Made by a program: the position numbers and the translations under genes. Positions 1-9,561 of a DNA stretch of 52,785 nucleotides are shown here, one piece after another; position 1 is the first letter of the stretch, and each line of letters begins with the position of its first letter. The DNA is from a virus (Duplodnaviria; Caudoviricetes), in IMG/VR virus record IMGVR_UViG_3300042291_002130, positions 1-52,785 of that record; one strand, written 5' to 3'. The notes under the pieces are model-generated. The model worked only from the letters and a program-made list of their open reading frames with translations. It had not been told where the DNA came from and did not search any database.

Positions 1-267
1 AGTACTTATTGGGTTGACTGCTATATGGCAACCAAATCGCCAGAAGGTGTAATTACTAAATGGATTATTGAAGTAAAGCCTAATAAGTATTTGACTCCTC
101 CTGAACCACCAAAAAGATTAACTGAGAAATCTACTCTAAATTATGCTAGGCATGCTAAAGCATATATTATAAATGATGCTAAATTTAAAGCAGCTAAAGT
201 ATATGCTAAAGAGAATAATATGCGATTTGGTATAATCACTGAAAACTTTCTATTCAATAAGGTGTAG
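1..267 (+). CDS. Head completion nuclease, T4 gp4-like (PD-(D/E)xK/TnsA-like); 5'-truncated by the window edge
   Basis: Frame is open from base 1 (STYWVDCYM...). YWVD...IIEVKP...NDAKFKAA...FGIITE matches the gp4 pattern YFPD...IEVKP...NxAKW.AA...F.IITE. Confidence 0.8.
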   Translation, partial: STYWVDCYMATKSPEGVITKWIIEVKPNKYLTPPEPPKRLTEKSTLNYARHAKAYIINDAKFKAAKVYAKENNMRFGIITENFLFNKV

Positions 268-278
268 AATATTAAACG

Positions 279-896
279 ATGGATTTCAATAAACTAGAAA
301 AGAATAATGGTACTCTTCCACTAAATGTAGTGTCTGACCAGTATGGGATAACACAAACTAGAGGTCAAGTTATACCAGGTAGATTTTATTCACTCAAAGT
401 AGTTGCGGAAGTTCCAGCTATTACTGAATCGTATGTATACCAAAAGACTGGTAAAGCTTATTTAGATCTAAATCCAACTGGCTTACTCCTGTTTCATGAT
501 AATTGGAAAGAAGTTGCACTGATTTTAAATATTAAGATTATTCCGCCAGTCATACAATCGAAAGTAATGGAAGCATATTGGGCTTTTTCTAAGTTAAATG
601 GATTAAATCATCTATTTGATAAAGAGGATAAATTAAAAGATCTAAATGAACGAAGATTACTTGATCATCGATTTTATTTGATTACTCCAACTGCTCTTAG
701 CAATTTCATTGGAGTAAATAACTTAAACTATGCAATAAATAACTATAATATGGACACTATCGCTGAAGCCAAATTAATTGATTGGGATAACTTTGGAATG
801 TTAGTTAATCCAAAAATATCAACACATGGATTCTATCCAGATCCAATAAATCTGGCTAAAGTTTATGAAAACTTTTTAACAAATACCCTAGTATAA
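279..896 (+). CDS. Putative DNA end protector, T4 gp2-like
   Basis: PGRFY...YLDLNP.GL...LNIKIIPP resembles gp2 PG..Y...YDxxP...NLHYLPP; lies next to the gp4-like gene. Confidence 0.45.
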   Translation: MDFNKLEKNNGTLPLNVVSDQYGITQTRGQVIPGRFYSLKVVAEVPAITESYVYQKTGKAYLDLNPTGLLLFHDNWKEVALILNIKIIPPVIQSKVMEAYWAFSKLNGLNHLFDKEDKLKDLNERRLLDHRFYLITPTALSNFIGVNNLNYAINNYNMDTIAEAKLIDWDNFGMLVNPKISTHGFYPDPINLAKVYENFLTNTLV

Positions 897-897
897 T

Positions 898-2610
898 ATG
901 GCAGGATTTTTAAATACATCAAGTGCAAGAGTAGGAAGCGCACTATCTAATTTAAGTAAGTTTGGAACTCGACATGAAGACCTTCTACTTAAAAATTCAC
1001 AAGCGATAGGTTTTATTGAGAGTCAGCTACAAGCAAGGGCAGGTCGATCAAGTATGAATGATGACCTGATGAAATTCTCAATGGCAATTTCAGATACGAC
1101 ATCACAATTGAGAACAAAGGCATTGGCTTTTTTCCAATTAGACTATGTTGTAAAGAGGGAACGCCTTCGTGATATTGCTGCAAATGGTGAAATTGAATTT
1201 GTATTAGAAACAATCGTTGACGATATGATTGTATACGATGATGAAAATCGATTCGTATATCCAAAGGATCTTACTGGTAAAATGTTATATCGTGGAGATA
1301 CTAAAGAGGAGCGTTTAAACTTTCAAGAAAAAGTAGTTAGAAAGTATAATGATAACTTTGAAAAAATTTATAATGCTTGGGGATTTGCCGATGGTATTGC
1401 ATCATGGCAATATGCATTTCAATACTTAATTGAAGGCCATCTTACTTTTGAAATTATTTATGATAATCTAGAAAAACCTAAAGAGATTATTGGATTTAAA
1501 GAATTAGATCCTGCAAGTATTGCTCCACAATTACAAAAGGATGCTAAAGGTAAAATCTTTATGCAATGGTTACAATACGATCAATTGACAGGATCAACTC
1601 GAGTACTTAATGACTCTCAAGTAATTTACATATCTTATTCAAATCATTTTAGAACAAAAAGAATATCTTTTGTTGAAAGATTAATTAGATCATTTAACTT
1701 ACTTAGAATTATTGAACATAGTAAAGTTATTTGGCACGTAATGAATGCACCAATCAGATTAACAACGTCTGTTCCGATTGGAAGTAAAAGTTTTCAAAAA
1801 GGTCAAGAGGATGTTCGAGAATTCTTAAATATGTTTAAAGAAGATATTATCTTTAATGGAGATACTGGAGAACTTCAAGTAGATGGTAAACCAAATGTAT
1901 TATTCTATAAAAACTATGTAACTCCAATTAATGATCAAAACCAGCAAGTTAAAATTGAGCCATTAGCTATGCCTGGCCCAAACCTTTCTGGTTCTGAATT
2001 ACTTAATTATTTCTATAAAAAATTAAAAATGGATTCCAAAATTCCATATTCTCGTTGGGAAGGTCAATCTGGAATGGGTGCATTTACTCTTAATGCTGAA
2101 GGTATTACTAGAGAGGAAATTAGATATCAAAAATTTGTTAATCGACTAAGATCTGCTTTTTCTGAATTACTAGTTAAACCTTGGTATTTACAAATGTGTT
2201 TAGATTTTCCAGAATTAGGAGATGACTATAAATTTAATAATGCAATCGGTCTTACTTATAATAACGATAATGTATTTGAAGAGATGAAGAAGAATGAAAT
2301 TGAAGCTAAGCGAATAGCTGCATTCCAAGCTAAGAAAGGAGTAATGAATGATGATGGAACTCCATACTTTGCTACTGAATACTTAATTAGAGAAGAACTT
2401 AAAATGACTGAATCTGAAATCAAATCAAATCAACAGTGGTTTGATCAGGAGATAGATGAAGAGGTTGAAGAGCCTGCAGCTGGTGCTGCTCCTGCCGCTG
2501 GTGCTGCTCCTGTCGGCGGAGCCGCTGTTCAACCGACTGAAGCCGCTCCTACTGAAGGAAGTAGTGAAACTATTGAAGGTGGTGAAACTAAAGGTGAAGG
2601 CGGCTTATAA
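898..2610 (+). CDS. Portal protein, T4 gp20-like
   Basis: 570 aa; SFVERLIRSFNLLRIIE.S.VIW...AP.R, LNYFYKKL...KIPYSR, ITREEIRYQKFVNRLR..FS, NNDN.FEEMK..E; acidic Ala/Pro/Gly tail. Confidence 0.9.
   Translation: MAGFLNTSSARVGSALSNLSKFGTRHEDLLLKNSQAIGFIESQLQARAGRSSMNDDLMKFSMAISDTTSQLRTKALAFFQLDYVVKRERLRDIAANGEIEFVLETIVDDMIVYDDENRFVYPKDLTGKMLYRGDTKEERLNFQEKVVRKYNDNFEKIYNAWGFADGIASWQYAFQYLIEGHLTFEIIYDNLEKPKEIIGFKELDPASIAPQLQKDAKGKIFMQWLQYDQLTGSTRVLNDSQVIYISYSNHFRTKRISFVERLIRSFNLLRIIEHSKVIWHVMNAPIRLTTSVPIGSKSFQKGQEDVREFLNMFKEDIIFNGDTGELQVDGKPNVLFYKNYVTPINDQNQQVKIEPLAMPGPNLSGSELLNYFYKKLKMDSKIPYSRWEGQSGMGAFTLNAEGITREEIRYQKFVNRLRSAFSELLVKPWYLQMCLDFPELGDDYKFNNAIGLTYNNDNVFEEMKKNEIEAKRIAAFQAKKGVMNDDGTPYFATEYLIREELKMTESEIKSNQQWFDQEIDEEVEEPAAGAAPAAGAAPVGGAAVQPTEAAPTEGSSETIEGGETKGEGGL
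2478..2513 (+). repeat. Short in-frame tandem repeat (GCTGGTGCTGCTCCT x2; AGAAP) in the portal tail
   Basis: Directly visible; encodes AAGAAPAAGAAP. Confidence 0.7.
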
Positions 2611-2674
2611 AAAGCTAAAATTAATTTAATATTATAGAATGGTTTAGTATCTTATTACTAAACCATTTTTTATT

Positions 2675-3058
2675 ATGAAAGAAAAAATAAAAGAATTTTC
2701 AGAAAGGTTATTAAGTTTACCTAATGAGATCGCTACCCTACAGGAATCCCTGATTGAATTCAATGATGAATTACAGAAAGTAGATAATGAAATATCTGAA
2801 CGCACTTCTGAGATTAAGACCATTATCAACAACGCATTAGATGATAATGGCAAGAAACTATATTCAAATGCTGAGATGAGAGAATCTGCATTTATCTCTG
2901 ATTCTAAAAATGATATATTGTTGCCTTCTCTATATGTAGAACACAGTAATATTCAAAAAAGAATTCAAAAGGTAAAAATAGGAATTGAGAACCTAAGTAA
3001 CTATCAAAGAAACTTACGAACCCTAATTGCGTATATGACTGAACAGACGATTGATTAA
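2675..3058 (+). CDS. Coiled-coil protein, possibly a UvsY-like recombination mediator
   Basis: 127 aa, all-helical heptad pattern; size and pattern recall UvsY, no diagnostic motif. Confidence 0.3.
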   Translation: MKEKIKEFSERLLSLPNEIATLQESLIEFNDELQKVDNEISERTSEIKTIINNALDDNGKKLYSNAEMRESAFISDSKNDILLPSLYVEHSNIQKRIQKVKIGIENLSNYQRNLRTLIAYMTEQTID

Positions 3059-3432
3059 TCGTAGAACATTGCAATACTATTCTTAAGTTCAGGTATGTCG
3101 ATTAGTAGAACTAAGATGTCACGATTTGATTTATCATCTGGATATAGTGATGGTGATGCTGTGATTTGACGTTTTCGTGCTTCAGCGACATACTTGTTTA
3201 TTTGACTAGTAGCTTCATCACTTAGGTTAAATGGGTCTACTGAGTATTCAAATAAGTAACTATCTAAATTTAATCCAAAATCAGGTTCGCCTAATACTTC
3301 TCCTTTTTGTGTAAAAAGAGTCATCTTTACTTGCTGTATTGCTGATTCTAATTCGTCTCCAATTTCAACTCGATCATTTAAATATCGTGGATCCCCATCA
3401 GTTCGTGTATAAAAATCTCTAAGATTTGCCAT
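3055..3432 (-). CDS. Baseplate wedge protein, gp25/GPW family
   Basis: SAIQQVKMTLFTQKGEVLGEPDFG.NL..YLFE is the GPW_gp25 signature. Confidence 0.85.
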   Translation of the reverse strand: MANLRDFYTRTDGDPRYLNDRVEIGDELESAIQQVKMTLFTQKGEVLGEPDFGLNLDSYLFEYSVDPFNLSDEATSQINKYVAEARKRQITASPSLYPDDKSNRDILVLLIDIPELKNSIAMFYD

Positions 3433-3444
3433 AATTGTCTTATT

Positions 3445-4179
3445 TTAATAGTGGGCAAGGAACATCCAATCTGTAGTATTCTCACCTTTCATCATTGTCT
3501 TAACATCCTCCATTTCCTTTTCAGCAGTTGCAACAATATTTTGATAGTTTACTGTAACTCCTCCAGGAAGAGTATAATTAAATGTTTGAAGCATATGTGA
3601 TAATCTTACTTTTGCATGAGCTCTGACGTATCTTTGAAATAGCTCATCTTCATACAATTTACTAGGATCAAGCTTTTTAAATACTCTCAATACTGCTGCA
3701 GTTTTAGGCGTTCTTCCTAATACCCCAAGCTGTTTAGTATTTTTATTATAGTCATATGCAATAGTATCAATTAACATTGATTTGGTTAAATCTAAGAAAG
3801 AAAACATTACTGTTCGATACATGATACTCTCCCCAATAAAAGGAGTTAAGAATATTTCAGCACCAATAAATTTTTGTTCTGAAAAATCTCTATCTAATGT
3901 ACCAAAAATAGTTCCTCCCTTCGCCTCTTTAAAATCAACAACAAATTGTACACAGTCTGGTAATTGAATCTGCCTAAGTTTTTTAAAATTAGGGTGATCA
4001 AATACTTCAGTTGGAAGTAATAAATATTGACTCTCTACTGCATGTTTCCAGTTGTCCCAGAAAAATTTACAGTCATTTGCTATTATACGCTTAACTTCTT
4101 TTTCAGGAAGGCCATATGGTAATGCTCCTGAGAAAGTAATTTCGTCATTTATGTCCTGGATAAGTTCTAATTCGGTCAT
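3445..4179 (-). CDS. Neck/head-tail connector, T4 gp13-like (start moved to ATG 4179)
   Basis: C-terminal LYEDELFQRYVRAHAK...L..F..TLPGGVTVNY..I...AEKE is typical of gp13 homologs. Confidence 0.75.
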   Translation of the reverse strand: MTELELIQDINDEITFSGALPYGLPEKEVKRIIANDCKFFWDNWKHAVESQYLLLPTEVFDHPNFKKLRQIQLPDCVQFVVDFKEAKGGTIFGTLDRDFSEQKFIGAEIFLTPFIGESIMYRTVMFSFLDLTKSMLIDTIAYDYNKNTKQLGVLGRTPKTAAVLRVFKKLDPSKLYEDELFQRYVRAHAKVRLSHMLQTFNYTLPGGVTVNYQNIVATAEKEMEDVKTMMKGENTTDWMFLAHY

Positions 4180-4186
4180 GGTTATA

Positions 4187-4630
4187 TTATTGATTTGATC
4201 CAGAGCCTGCGCCCTTAGTATCACTAAATCTTACACTTGATTTATCGATATCTACATTAAATTCTTTATCTCCCATCGATCTTCCTAAAGCTCTTTGGTT
4301 TTTCTTAGCAACCATATCATCTTGTTTTCCAGCACGGTCAACTGATAACCTCATTACTTGATCAAGAGATTGAGCTTTCATCTTCTTCTTCCAATCACTA
4401 TGAAAAATCATATTCATTGCTCGAGTAATATCAACTTCTTGTATTTCTCCACTGTATCTGCTTGGATTTCTTGCAGCTTTTTCATTAGCTAATTCTCTAG
4501 CTATTGCAATAACCGCAGTATATAGTCCGCTAAGTGCGCTTTGCACCATACCCTTAAAATTAGTTGGGTATACCACCTCTTTAGTAGATTCATTGATAAA
4601 TTGACGATATGTTTTTATGTTTCTTTCCAT
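4187..4630 (-). CDS. Probable virion-internal protein with capsid-targeting N-terminus
   Basis: Starts MERNIKTYRQFINES (T4 CTS is MKTYQEFIAE); late operon. Confidence 0.6.
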   Translation of the reverse strand: MERNIKTYRQFINESTKEVVYPTNFKGMVQSALSGLYTAVIAIARELANEKAARNPSRYSGEIQEVDITRAMNMIFHSDWKKKMKAQSLDQVMRLSVDRAGKQDDMVAKKNQRALGRSMGDKEFNVDIDKSSVRFSDTKGAGSGSNQ

Positions 4631-5004
4631 TATTTGGAAGTAGCTGCTTTTTGTAATGCTCCATTTAATGCAGTTGTTGCATTATTAACTACTACGTTTT
4701 GGTCTGATTTTAATTTTTCAAGTTCAGCTTGCTTTGCTGCTACTGCTCTATCTCTATTTGCAGAGGCAGTCGCTAATGCAGATCTTGCTGCAATTACTGC
4801 AGGATCAGCTTCAACCATTGGCGGTTCAGCTGGAGTTGTTGCAGGATCTGCTTGATTTTGAGTAGTATCAGTTGGAGTAGCTGGTGCAGCAGCTGGAGCA
4901 GTTTGCTCAGTAACTACTGGGTTCGCACCTGATTCAACACTAATTTCTTCAGATGCTTTCTTTTCAGCATTTTGAAAACTCTTAAAAGATTTTACATATG
5001 ACAT
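4630..5004 (-). CDS. Low-complexity Ala/Pro/Thr protein with CTS-like N-terminus
   Basis: Starts MSYVKSFKSFQNAE; late operon. Confidence 0.55.
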   Translation of the reverse strand: MSYVKSFKSFQNAEKKASEEISVESGANPVVTEQTAPAAAPATPTDTTQNQADPATTPAEPPMVEADPAVIAARSALATASANRDRAVAAKQAELEKLKSDQNVVVNNATTALNGALQKAATSK

Positions 5005-5012
5005 ATCTTTAA

Positions 5013-5291
5013 TTATTTAGTTTTATTAAATTCGTTTGAAGTTTTTACAAATTCCTCATACGAAAGTATTTTAATCTTTTTATCCATTCTAGGATTAGAG
5101 CCAAATGCACTAGTTATTCTTCCACCAGTTAAGAAAGGAGAATTATTCCAGTGTGTTGGAATAGTACCCGACGCGCCAGCATAAAACATCATTGCGTTTG
5201 CTCGTTTAGTGTCAGGTCTCAATATTCGTTCAGTATTATCTAACTCAATCGAATTTGCCCCAATTCCTTCAACTAATCTCTTTAATTTCAT
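5013..5291 (-). CDS. Small late protein (start moved to 5291)
   Basis: MKLKRLVEG...; C-terminal ILSYEEFVK is CTS-like. Confidence 0.5.
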   Translation of the reverse strand: MKLKRLVEGIGANSIELDNTERILRPDTKRANAMMFYAGASGTIPTHWNNSPFLTGGRITSAFGSNPRMDKKIKILSYEEFVKTSNEFNKTK

Positions 5292-5292
5292 A

Positions 5293-5760
5293 TTATTCTT
5301 GTGGAAATTGTAAATCGTCAACTGGTTGATCTAATGAGAATTCAGGAGCCTTTGGTTCCATTTGTTTTGAAAAATTAATATCTTCTTCACCATCGATTGG
5401 TGCATCATTAGGGGTCTCTTCTGGTGTTCCTCCACTAGGTATCGCAAGTAGTTGATCTCTATTTGAATCAATAAATTGTTGTAATCCCATACAAACTAAT
5501 GGATTTACTTGTTGACATCTATCCATTAACTCTTGAACAGTTAATGTCATTACATCAGATTGAGGTAATAGGTTTTGATCTTGTGGCTGTTCTTGTTGAG
5601 CTTGAACTTGGTCAAAACTTGGAATTTCTTCAATATTTGTTACCACATGTACAGGCGCTTCTTGCGCAGGTGGCATTTGAATATCTGGCGCGTGTTGCAT
5701 TGGAGCAGGTTGTTGAATATCATCCGCTTCATATAATCTTTTAATAGAAGTCTTTTGCAT
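5293..5760 (-). CDS. Acidic Gln/Pro-rich late protein (start moved to 5760)
   Basis: MQKTSIKRLYEA; GATAAATA lies 27 nt upstream. Confidence 0.6.
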   Translation of the reverse strand: MQKTSIKRLYEADDIQQPAPMQHAPDIQMPPAQEAPVHVVTNIEEIPSFDQVQAQQEQPQDQNLLPQSDVMTLTVQELMDRCQQVNPLVCMGLQQFIDSNRDQLLAIPSGGTPEETPNDAPIDGEEDINFSKQMEPKAPEFSLDQPVDDLQFPQE

Positions 5761-5786
5761 CTTTTTAAATTTATTTTTTATAGTAT

Positions 5787-5794
5787 TATTTATC
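5787..5794 (-). promoter_or_regulatory. Late promoter motif GATAAATA (T4 late TATAAATA-like)
   Basis: Also at 7377-7384(-), 10323-10330(-), 10344-10351(+), 19057-19064(-), 24839-24846(+), 26394-26401(-), 32312-32319(-), 32369-32376(+), 43545-43552(+), 44296-44303(+). AATAAATA variants at 24830-24837(-), 42710-42717(-), ~43156-43167(-). Each sits just upstream of a gene start. Confidence 0.75.
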
Positions 5795-5830
5795 CAGAAA
5801 CCAAGTATACGTTTTAAGATATAAAGAAAC

Positions 5831-6076
5831 ATGAAAGAAAAAGATATTAATGCTGCCGCTGTTGCTCTTGAAGAAGAGTTAAGAAAATCAATTATTAAAA
5901 AATTGGATACAATTAAAGAATCTGTAGTATTGCAAAAAGGTTCAAACCAATCTTCATATTATCAAATGTTAATGATGATTGACGATGATCTTGATGATGT
6001 GTTACTTAATTGGGAATATGATTCAATCGATCCGTCTCTTTCATTTAATAGAGAAGATGATGGTGATGATTATTGA
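5831..6076 (+). CDS. Hypothetical acidic protein
   Basis: Clean ORF filling the gap between minus-strand operons. Confidence 0.6.
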   Translation: MKEKDINAAAVALEEELRKSIIKKLDTIKESVVLQKGSNQSSYYQMLMMIDDDLDDVLLNWEYDSIDPSLSFNREDDGDDY

Positions 6077-6095
6077 TTTAGGTCAAAGTGATATA

Positions 6096-6701
6096 TTAGT
6101 GAGTACTAATTAATACTCCACCTAATGCAGTTGCATGATTAGTAATATGATTTAAATCATCTGGACTTAATTTAGTTTTTCTTTTAGTATAGTCCAATCC
6201 TAGTACACCAATAAATTTTTCATCAATTGTTTTTATAGCAAATAAGTAACCTGCTTTACACCCAGTATCTTCTGCAATGTATTTTAATCCATATGTTGCT
6301 ATCTCTTCATCAGTAAAATCTGAAATTGCAATTAAATCTTTTTCAAGTAATCTATTCATTGACTTTGAAAATAAATTAATTGGTATATTTTGGAAATTCG
6401 ATTGAATTGAAGTAGTGTTTAATGCAACAGTTTCATATATTACACTAAATTTAGCAATTGATTTTCCAGTAGGATAAAAGTGTCCGCCGTTATGGAATTG
6501 AGTAATCCATACACGATCTGCTTTAAACTCTTCTCTAATCTGGTCAATTTTTGATGTAACCCTTTCTCCTATTCTAAGAGAATCAGATAACATATCTGGA
6601 GCAGCTGCCTTCTTATCTAATTTATTTTTAATAATAATAATTAAAATAGGCCCAAGTACTCCTGTAATAAAAGCAATTATAATTGGTATGATTGATTCCA
6701 A
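6096..6701 (-). CDS. Single-TM + GAF-domain protein; candidate T4 T-like holin
   Basis: N-terminal hydrophobic helix (IIPIIIAFITGVLGPILIIII). ADRVWITQFHNG...GYLFAIK...FIGVLGLDY...L...DLNHI is a GAF pattern. TTG start. Confidence 0.55.
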   Translation of the reverse strand: MESIIPIIIAFITGVLGPILIIIIKNKLDKKAAAPDMLSDSLRIGERVTSKIDQIREEFKADRVWITQFHNGGHFYPTGKSIAKFSVIYETVALNTTSIQSNFQNIPINLFSKSMNRLLEKDLIAISDFTDEEIATYGLKYIAEDTGCKAGYLFAIKTIDEKFIGVLGLDYTKRKTKLSPDDLNHITNHATALGGVLISTH

Positions 6702-6718
6702 AATAGTATTAATTAATT

Positions 6719-7357
6719 TTACATATTACACCCACATGAATACCCGTATTCATTACTAAGATATTCTTCTCCACATTCTTTACATGTATCTTCCTCTTCG
6801 GCATATTTATCACCATTCATATATTCTGAATCTCCGCAAGTATCACACTCAACATCTTCATTAATAAATTGAATAAAGCTTTTAACTAGAGTAATACCTT
6901 CGTCTACTTTCTTTTTAGGATTTGCTCCAGCTTCAGGATTTCCTTCCTCACGCTCTTCATCATCTTCCTCTTCATTAGATTCTTCCTCTTCGTCAGACTC
7001 TTCATCATCATCTTCAGAACTAGGAGCAGGTAGTGGTTCATCTTCTTCAGTTGATTCATCTTCTAAATCTTCTTCAGTTGTATCCATTGTAATATTATCA
7101 GTTGGTGCTTTCATATCGTCTGAATTATCTGATGAAAATGAAGGAGCTCCCTCCTCTCCAGGACCAGCCGGTACCATTTCATAGTTTCCAGAGATTGGAC
7201 GGTTTGGGCTAATTTGCGGTTGGTCATATGTTTCATCATCAAAACCTTCTTCAAAATTAGCTGCAGCATTTTTCATATCATCTAAACTAACTGGCTCGTC
7301 GCTTCCATTAGAATATTTATCAGAAAATTCCACAAAATTTAAAACTCTACCTGGCAT
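6719..7357 (-). CDS. Highly acidic late protein (scaffold/internal-head-like) with Cys-rich tail
   Basis: D/E tract; internal LVKSFIQFINED; CDTC, CKEC, CGC near the C-terminus; GATAAATA upstream. Confidence 0.55.
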   Translation of the reverse strand: MPGRVLNFVEFSDKYSNGSDEPVSLDDMKNAAANFEEGFDDETYDQPQISPNRPISGNYEMVPAGPGEEGAPSFSSDNSDDMKAPTDNITMDTTEEDLEDESTEEDEPLPAPSSEDDDEESDEEEESNEEEDDEEREEGNPEAGANPKKKVDEGITLVKSFIQFINEDVECDTCGDSEYMNGDKYAEEEDTCKECGEEYLSNEYGYSCGCNM

Positions 7358-7434
7358 TGTGTATAATTATTTTAGTTATTTATCTCAACGAAATAATCGT
7401 TTTGAGCAGGTAACATAAAAATAAAAAATTCGAT

Positions 7435-7638
7435 ATGTTAGTAAAAGATCAATTTAGAAAAAATGGGTTAAGCTTGGCTCCAGGAGGATCAACTTTAACT
7501 GCAATTACAAAAGACGGTAGGGAGTTTTCGTATGATAAAATTAAGAATGTCGATGCATATTGTAGAAAACTTGCATCCGATCTTAATGTTATTGAAATAA
7601 TGGAAGGTACAACAAGTTTGTGGAAACGTAACAACTAA
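7435..7638 (+). CDS. Hypothetical protein
   Basis: First ORF of a short plus-strand operon, A-rich leader. Confidence 0.6.
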   Translation: MLVKDQFRKNGLSLAPGGSTLTAITKDGREFSYDKIKNVDAYCRKLASDLNVIEIMEGTTSLWKRNN

Positions 7639-7649
7639 AAACTAGAAAT

Positions 7650-8042
7650 ATGACAGCTCAACTCGAAGCATTAGTAGACTCATATTATGAGGATTCTATT
7701 GAATTATACGATGGACGATTCTTATGTTTTAAAAGACTATTTGACTATCGATGTACTAATCGACATGCAATAGAAGTTTCAATTGAAGATATTGAAAATC
7801 AAACTATCACGAGTATCTCTACCTATTTTGATGGCAGATGGGTATTTTCAACTCCTCTTCATGAAAGCATGTTTTGGACATATATTAAACCAAATTTTGA
7901 TAGAGTTAAAGCAATTACTACTCGAATGAAAGAGGCAGGTCAAAGTAAAGATATGTTTGCATATCGTATACAATTAAATAAAGCAGCACAATCAATAGCA
8001 AGTCCAATCTCTAAGTTATTTGAAATTTTTAAAGGAAAATAA
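7650..8042 (+). CDS. Hypothetical protein
   Basis: Tightly packed ORF. Confidence 0.6.
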   Translation: MTAQLEALVDSYYEDSIELYDGRFLCFKRLFDYRCTNRHAIEVSIEDIENQTITSISTYFDGRWVFSTPLHESMFWTYIKPNFDRVKAITTRMKEAGQSKDMFAYRIQLNKAAQSIASPISKLFEIFKGK

Positions 8043-8043
8043 T

Positions 8044-8325
8044 ATGGCAAAATATACATATAATACTGAAGTTTTCGTAGACGTTGAAATTACAGTAGAT
8101 GAAGTAGTCGAATTTATTGAAGACTATGCAGATCGTAATGATCTTGAAATGATAAAAACAGCTATTAAAAATGCAGGTTGGAGTTTACCCAATAGTCATA
8201 CATTTAAAAGCGCAGATGGTACTTATATCAAAGATGAAAAATTACAATTATTATCTAAAGCATTTTCAAGATATACACTAGAAGAGCTTGAACAAAGACT
8301 TGGAAATAAATTTAATTTAATATAA
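8044..8325 (+). CDS. Hypothetical protein (start moved to 8044)
   Basis: TAATATG coupling to the upstream stop. Confidence 0.6.
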   Translation: MAKYTYNTEVFVDVEITVDEVVEFIEDYADRNDLEMIKTAIKNAGWSLPNSHTFKSADGTYIKDEKLQLLSKAFSRYTLEELEQRLGNKFNLI

Positions 8326-8353
8326 AAAAAGCCGAATAATAACTCGGCTTTTT
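8325..8353. terminator. Bidirectional rho-independent terminator
   Basis: AAAAAAGCCGA-loop-TCGGCTTTTT between convergent genes. Confidence 0.8.
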
Positions 8354-8366
8354 AGTTATTCTAGAT

Positions 8367-8693
8367 TTACTTATTAATAAAACTTTCAAATGTTTTTATA
8401 AAACTCTCTTTTTCTTCAAATGGGTCCTTTTGGATATTTGGAGAATCTGAAATATTTGTTAAAAAATTATATACTTCTTGGATGTCGTCTGCTGATGATG
8501 CAATATGATCAACTGCCCATTCATGACCATTCTTTAAAACTTGATCTACTTGAGTATGGTCCATTTCAATAAGTTCATCAATCATTCTTTTTATAGTTTT
8601 AAGATTTCCAAAAAACATATAATTTATTTCTGAATTTTTTCTACATGAATTAGAGGATCCTCCGCATCCACATGAACATTTATAATCTTCCAT
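8367..8693 (-). CDS. Late protein with Cys-rich N-terminus and C-terminal CTS-like motif
   Basis: CSCGCGG...; ends FIKTFESFINK. Confidence 0.55.
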   Translation of the reverse strand: MEDYKCSCGCGGSSNSCRKNSEINYMFFGNLKTIKRMIDELIEMDHTQVDQVLKNGHEWAVDHIASSADDIQEVYNFLTNISDSPNIQKDPFEEKESFIKTFESFINK

Positions 8694-8695
8694 AA

Positions 8696-9547
8696 TTATT
8701 TTTTCTTTTTTTGAGCATTTAATAAATTAAGAGCTAACGTATTGCGTTTATGAGTCTTTGCATCCTTAGCATCGAGTTGAAGTCCAGGCTTCTTTTTATC
8801 TTTGTCTTTCTTTGTAAGTTCAGCTTCCTTCTTTGCAATTTTAGTTTTAGTAACTTTTCCACCTAATTCTTTTTTAAGAGCTCCTTTTTTAACATCCTTA
8901 AGTACATCAGCAATCCAGTCTCCTTTTTTACCTTCATTTACAAATTGATCAAAACTCATAATTTTTTTAGGGGATACTGATTCATTTGGTATAGTATTGA
9001 TATTTCCACTAACTGCTTCTGGTGTAACTGCTCCCATTTCCACTTGTTCATCTGATGCTGGTTTAACTACTTGTGAATCCTCAGTTGAAAGTTCGTTTGA
9101 CTTAATAAAGTTTATAGTAATTCCATTAATAATTTTAGGACTAATTGCAGAGAGGCTTTCAGTAACCGTTCCTCCATCTTTAATTCCATCAATTATTCTA
9201 TTTGCAGTATCAGTATCAATTTTAAAGATAATCGAATCATCTCCTTGAGAAACTTGGTGATCGCCTACATTAATAATTAGAGATTTAATATCTTTAATAT
9301 CAGTTTGGTTTTCAGCTTTTTTCCACTTAGCCTCATTTGTTGAATATTCTCCATCATTTATTAAATTATCCATATCAGCTTGAGTTAGCATTATTTCGAT
9401 TTGATATCCAGCATTTTTAAGTGCCTCAAAATCTTCAAGCTTAGGCTCAGTTAACTCAGTCGCTGACATTCCCATTTCTTCTGGGTTTAATGGAGCGCCC
9501 GTCTGTTCAGCTTCATATATTTTTGAAAAATTATAATATTTATGCAT
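8696..9547 (-). CDS. Late protein: acidic N-part, then a Lys-rich basic tail after an internal CTS-like motif
   Basis: MHKYYNFSKIYEAE; internal IMSFDQFVNEG followed by ~75 very basic residues. Confidence 0.6.
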   Translation of the reverse strand: MHKYYNFSKIYEAEQTGAPLNPEEMGMSATELTEPKLEDFEALKNAGYQIEIMLTQADMDNLINDGEYSTNEAKWKKAENQTDIKDIKSLIINVGDHQVSQGDDSIIFKIDTDTANRIIDGIKDGGTVTESLSAISPKIINGITINFIKSNELSTEDSQVVKPASDEQVEMGAVTPEAVSGNINTIPNESVSPKKIMSFDQFVNEGKKGDWIADVLKDVKKGALKKELGGKVTKTKIAKKEAELTKKDKDKKKPGLQLDAKDAKTHKRNTLALNLLNAQKKKK

Positions 9548-9561
9548 AGTTCTTTATTTTT

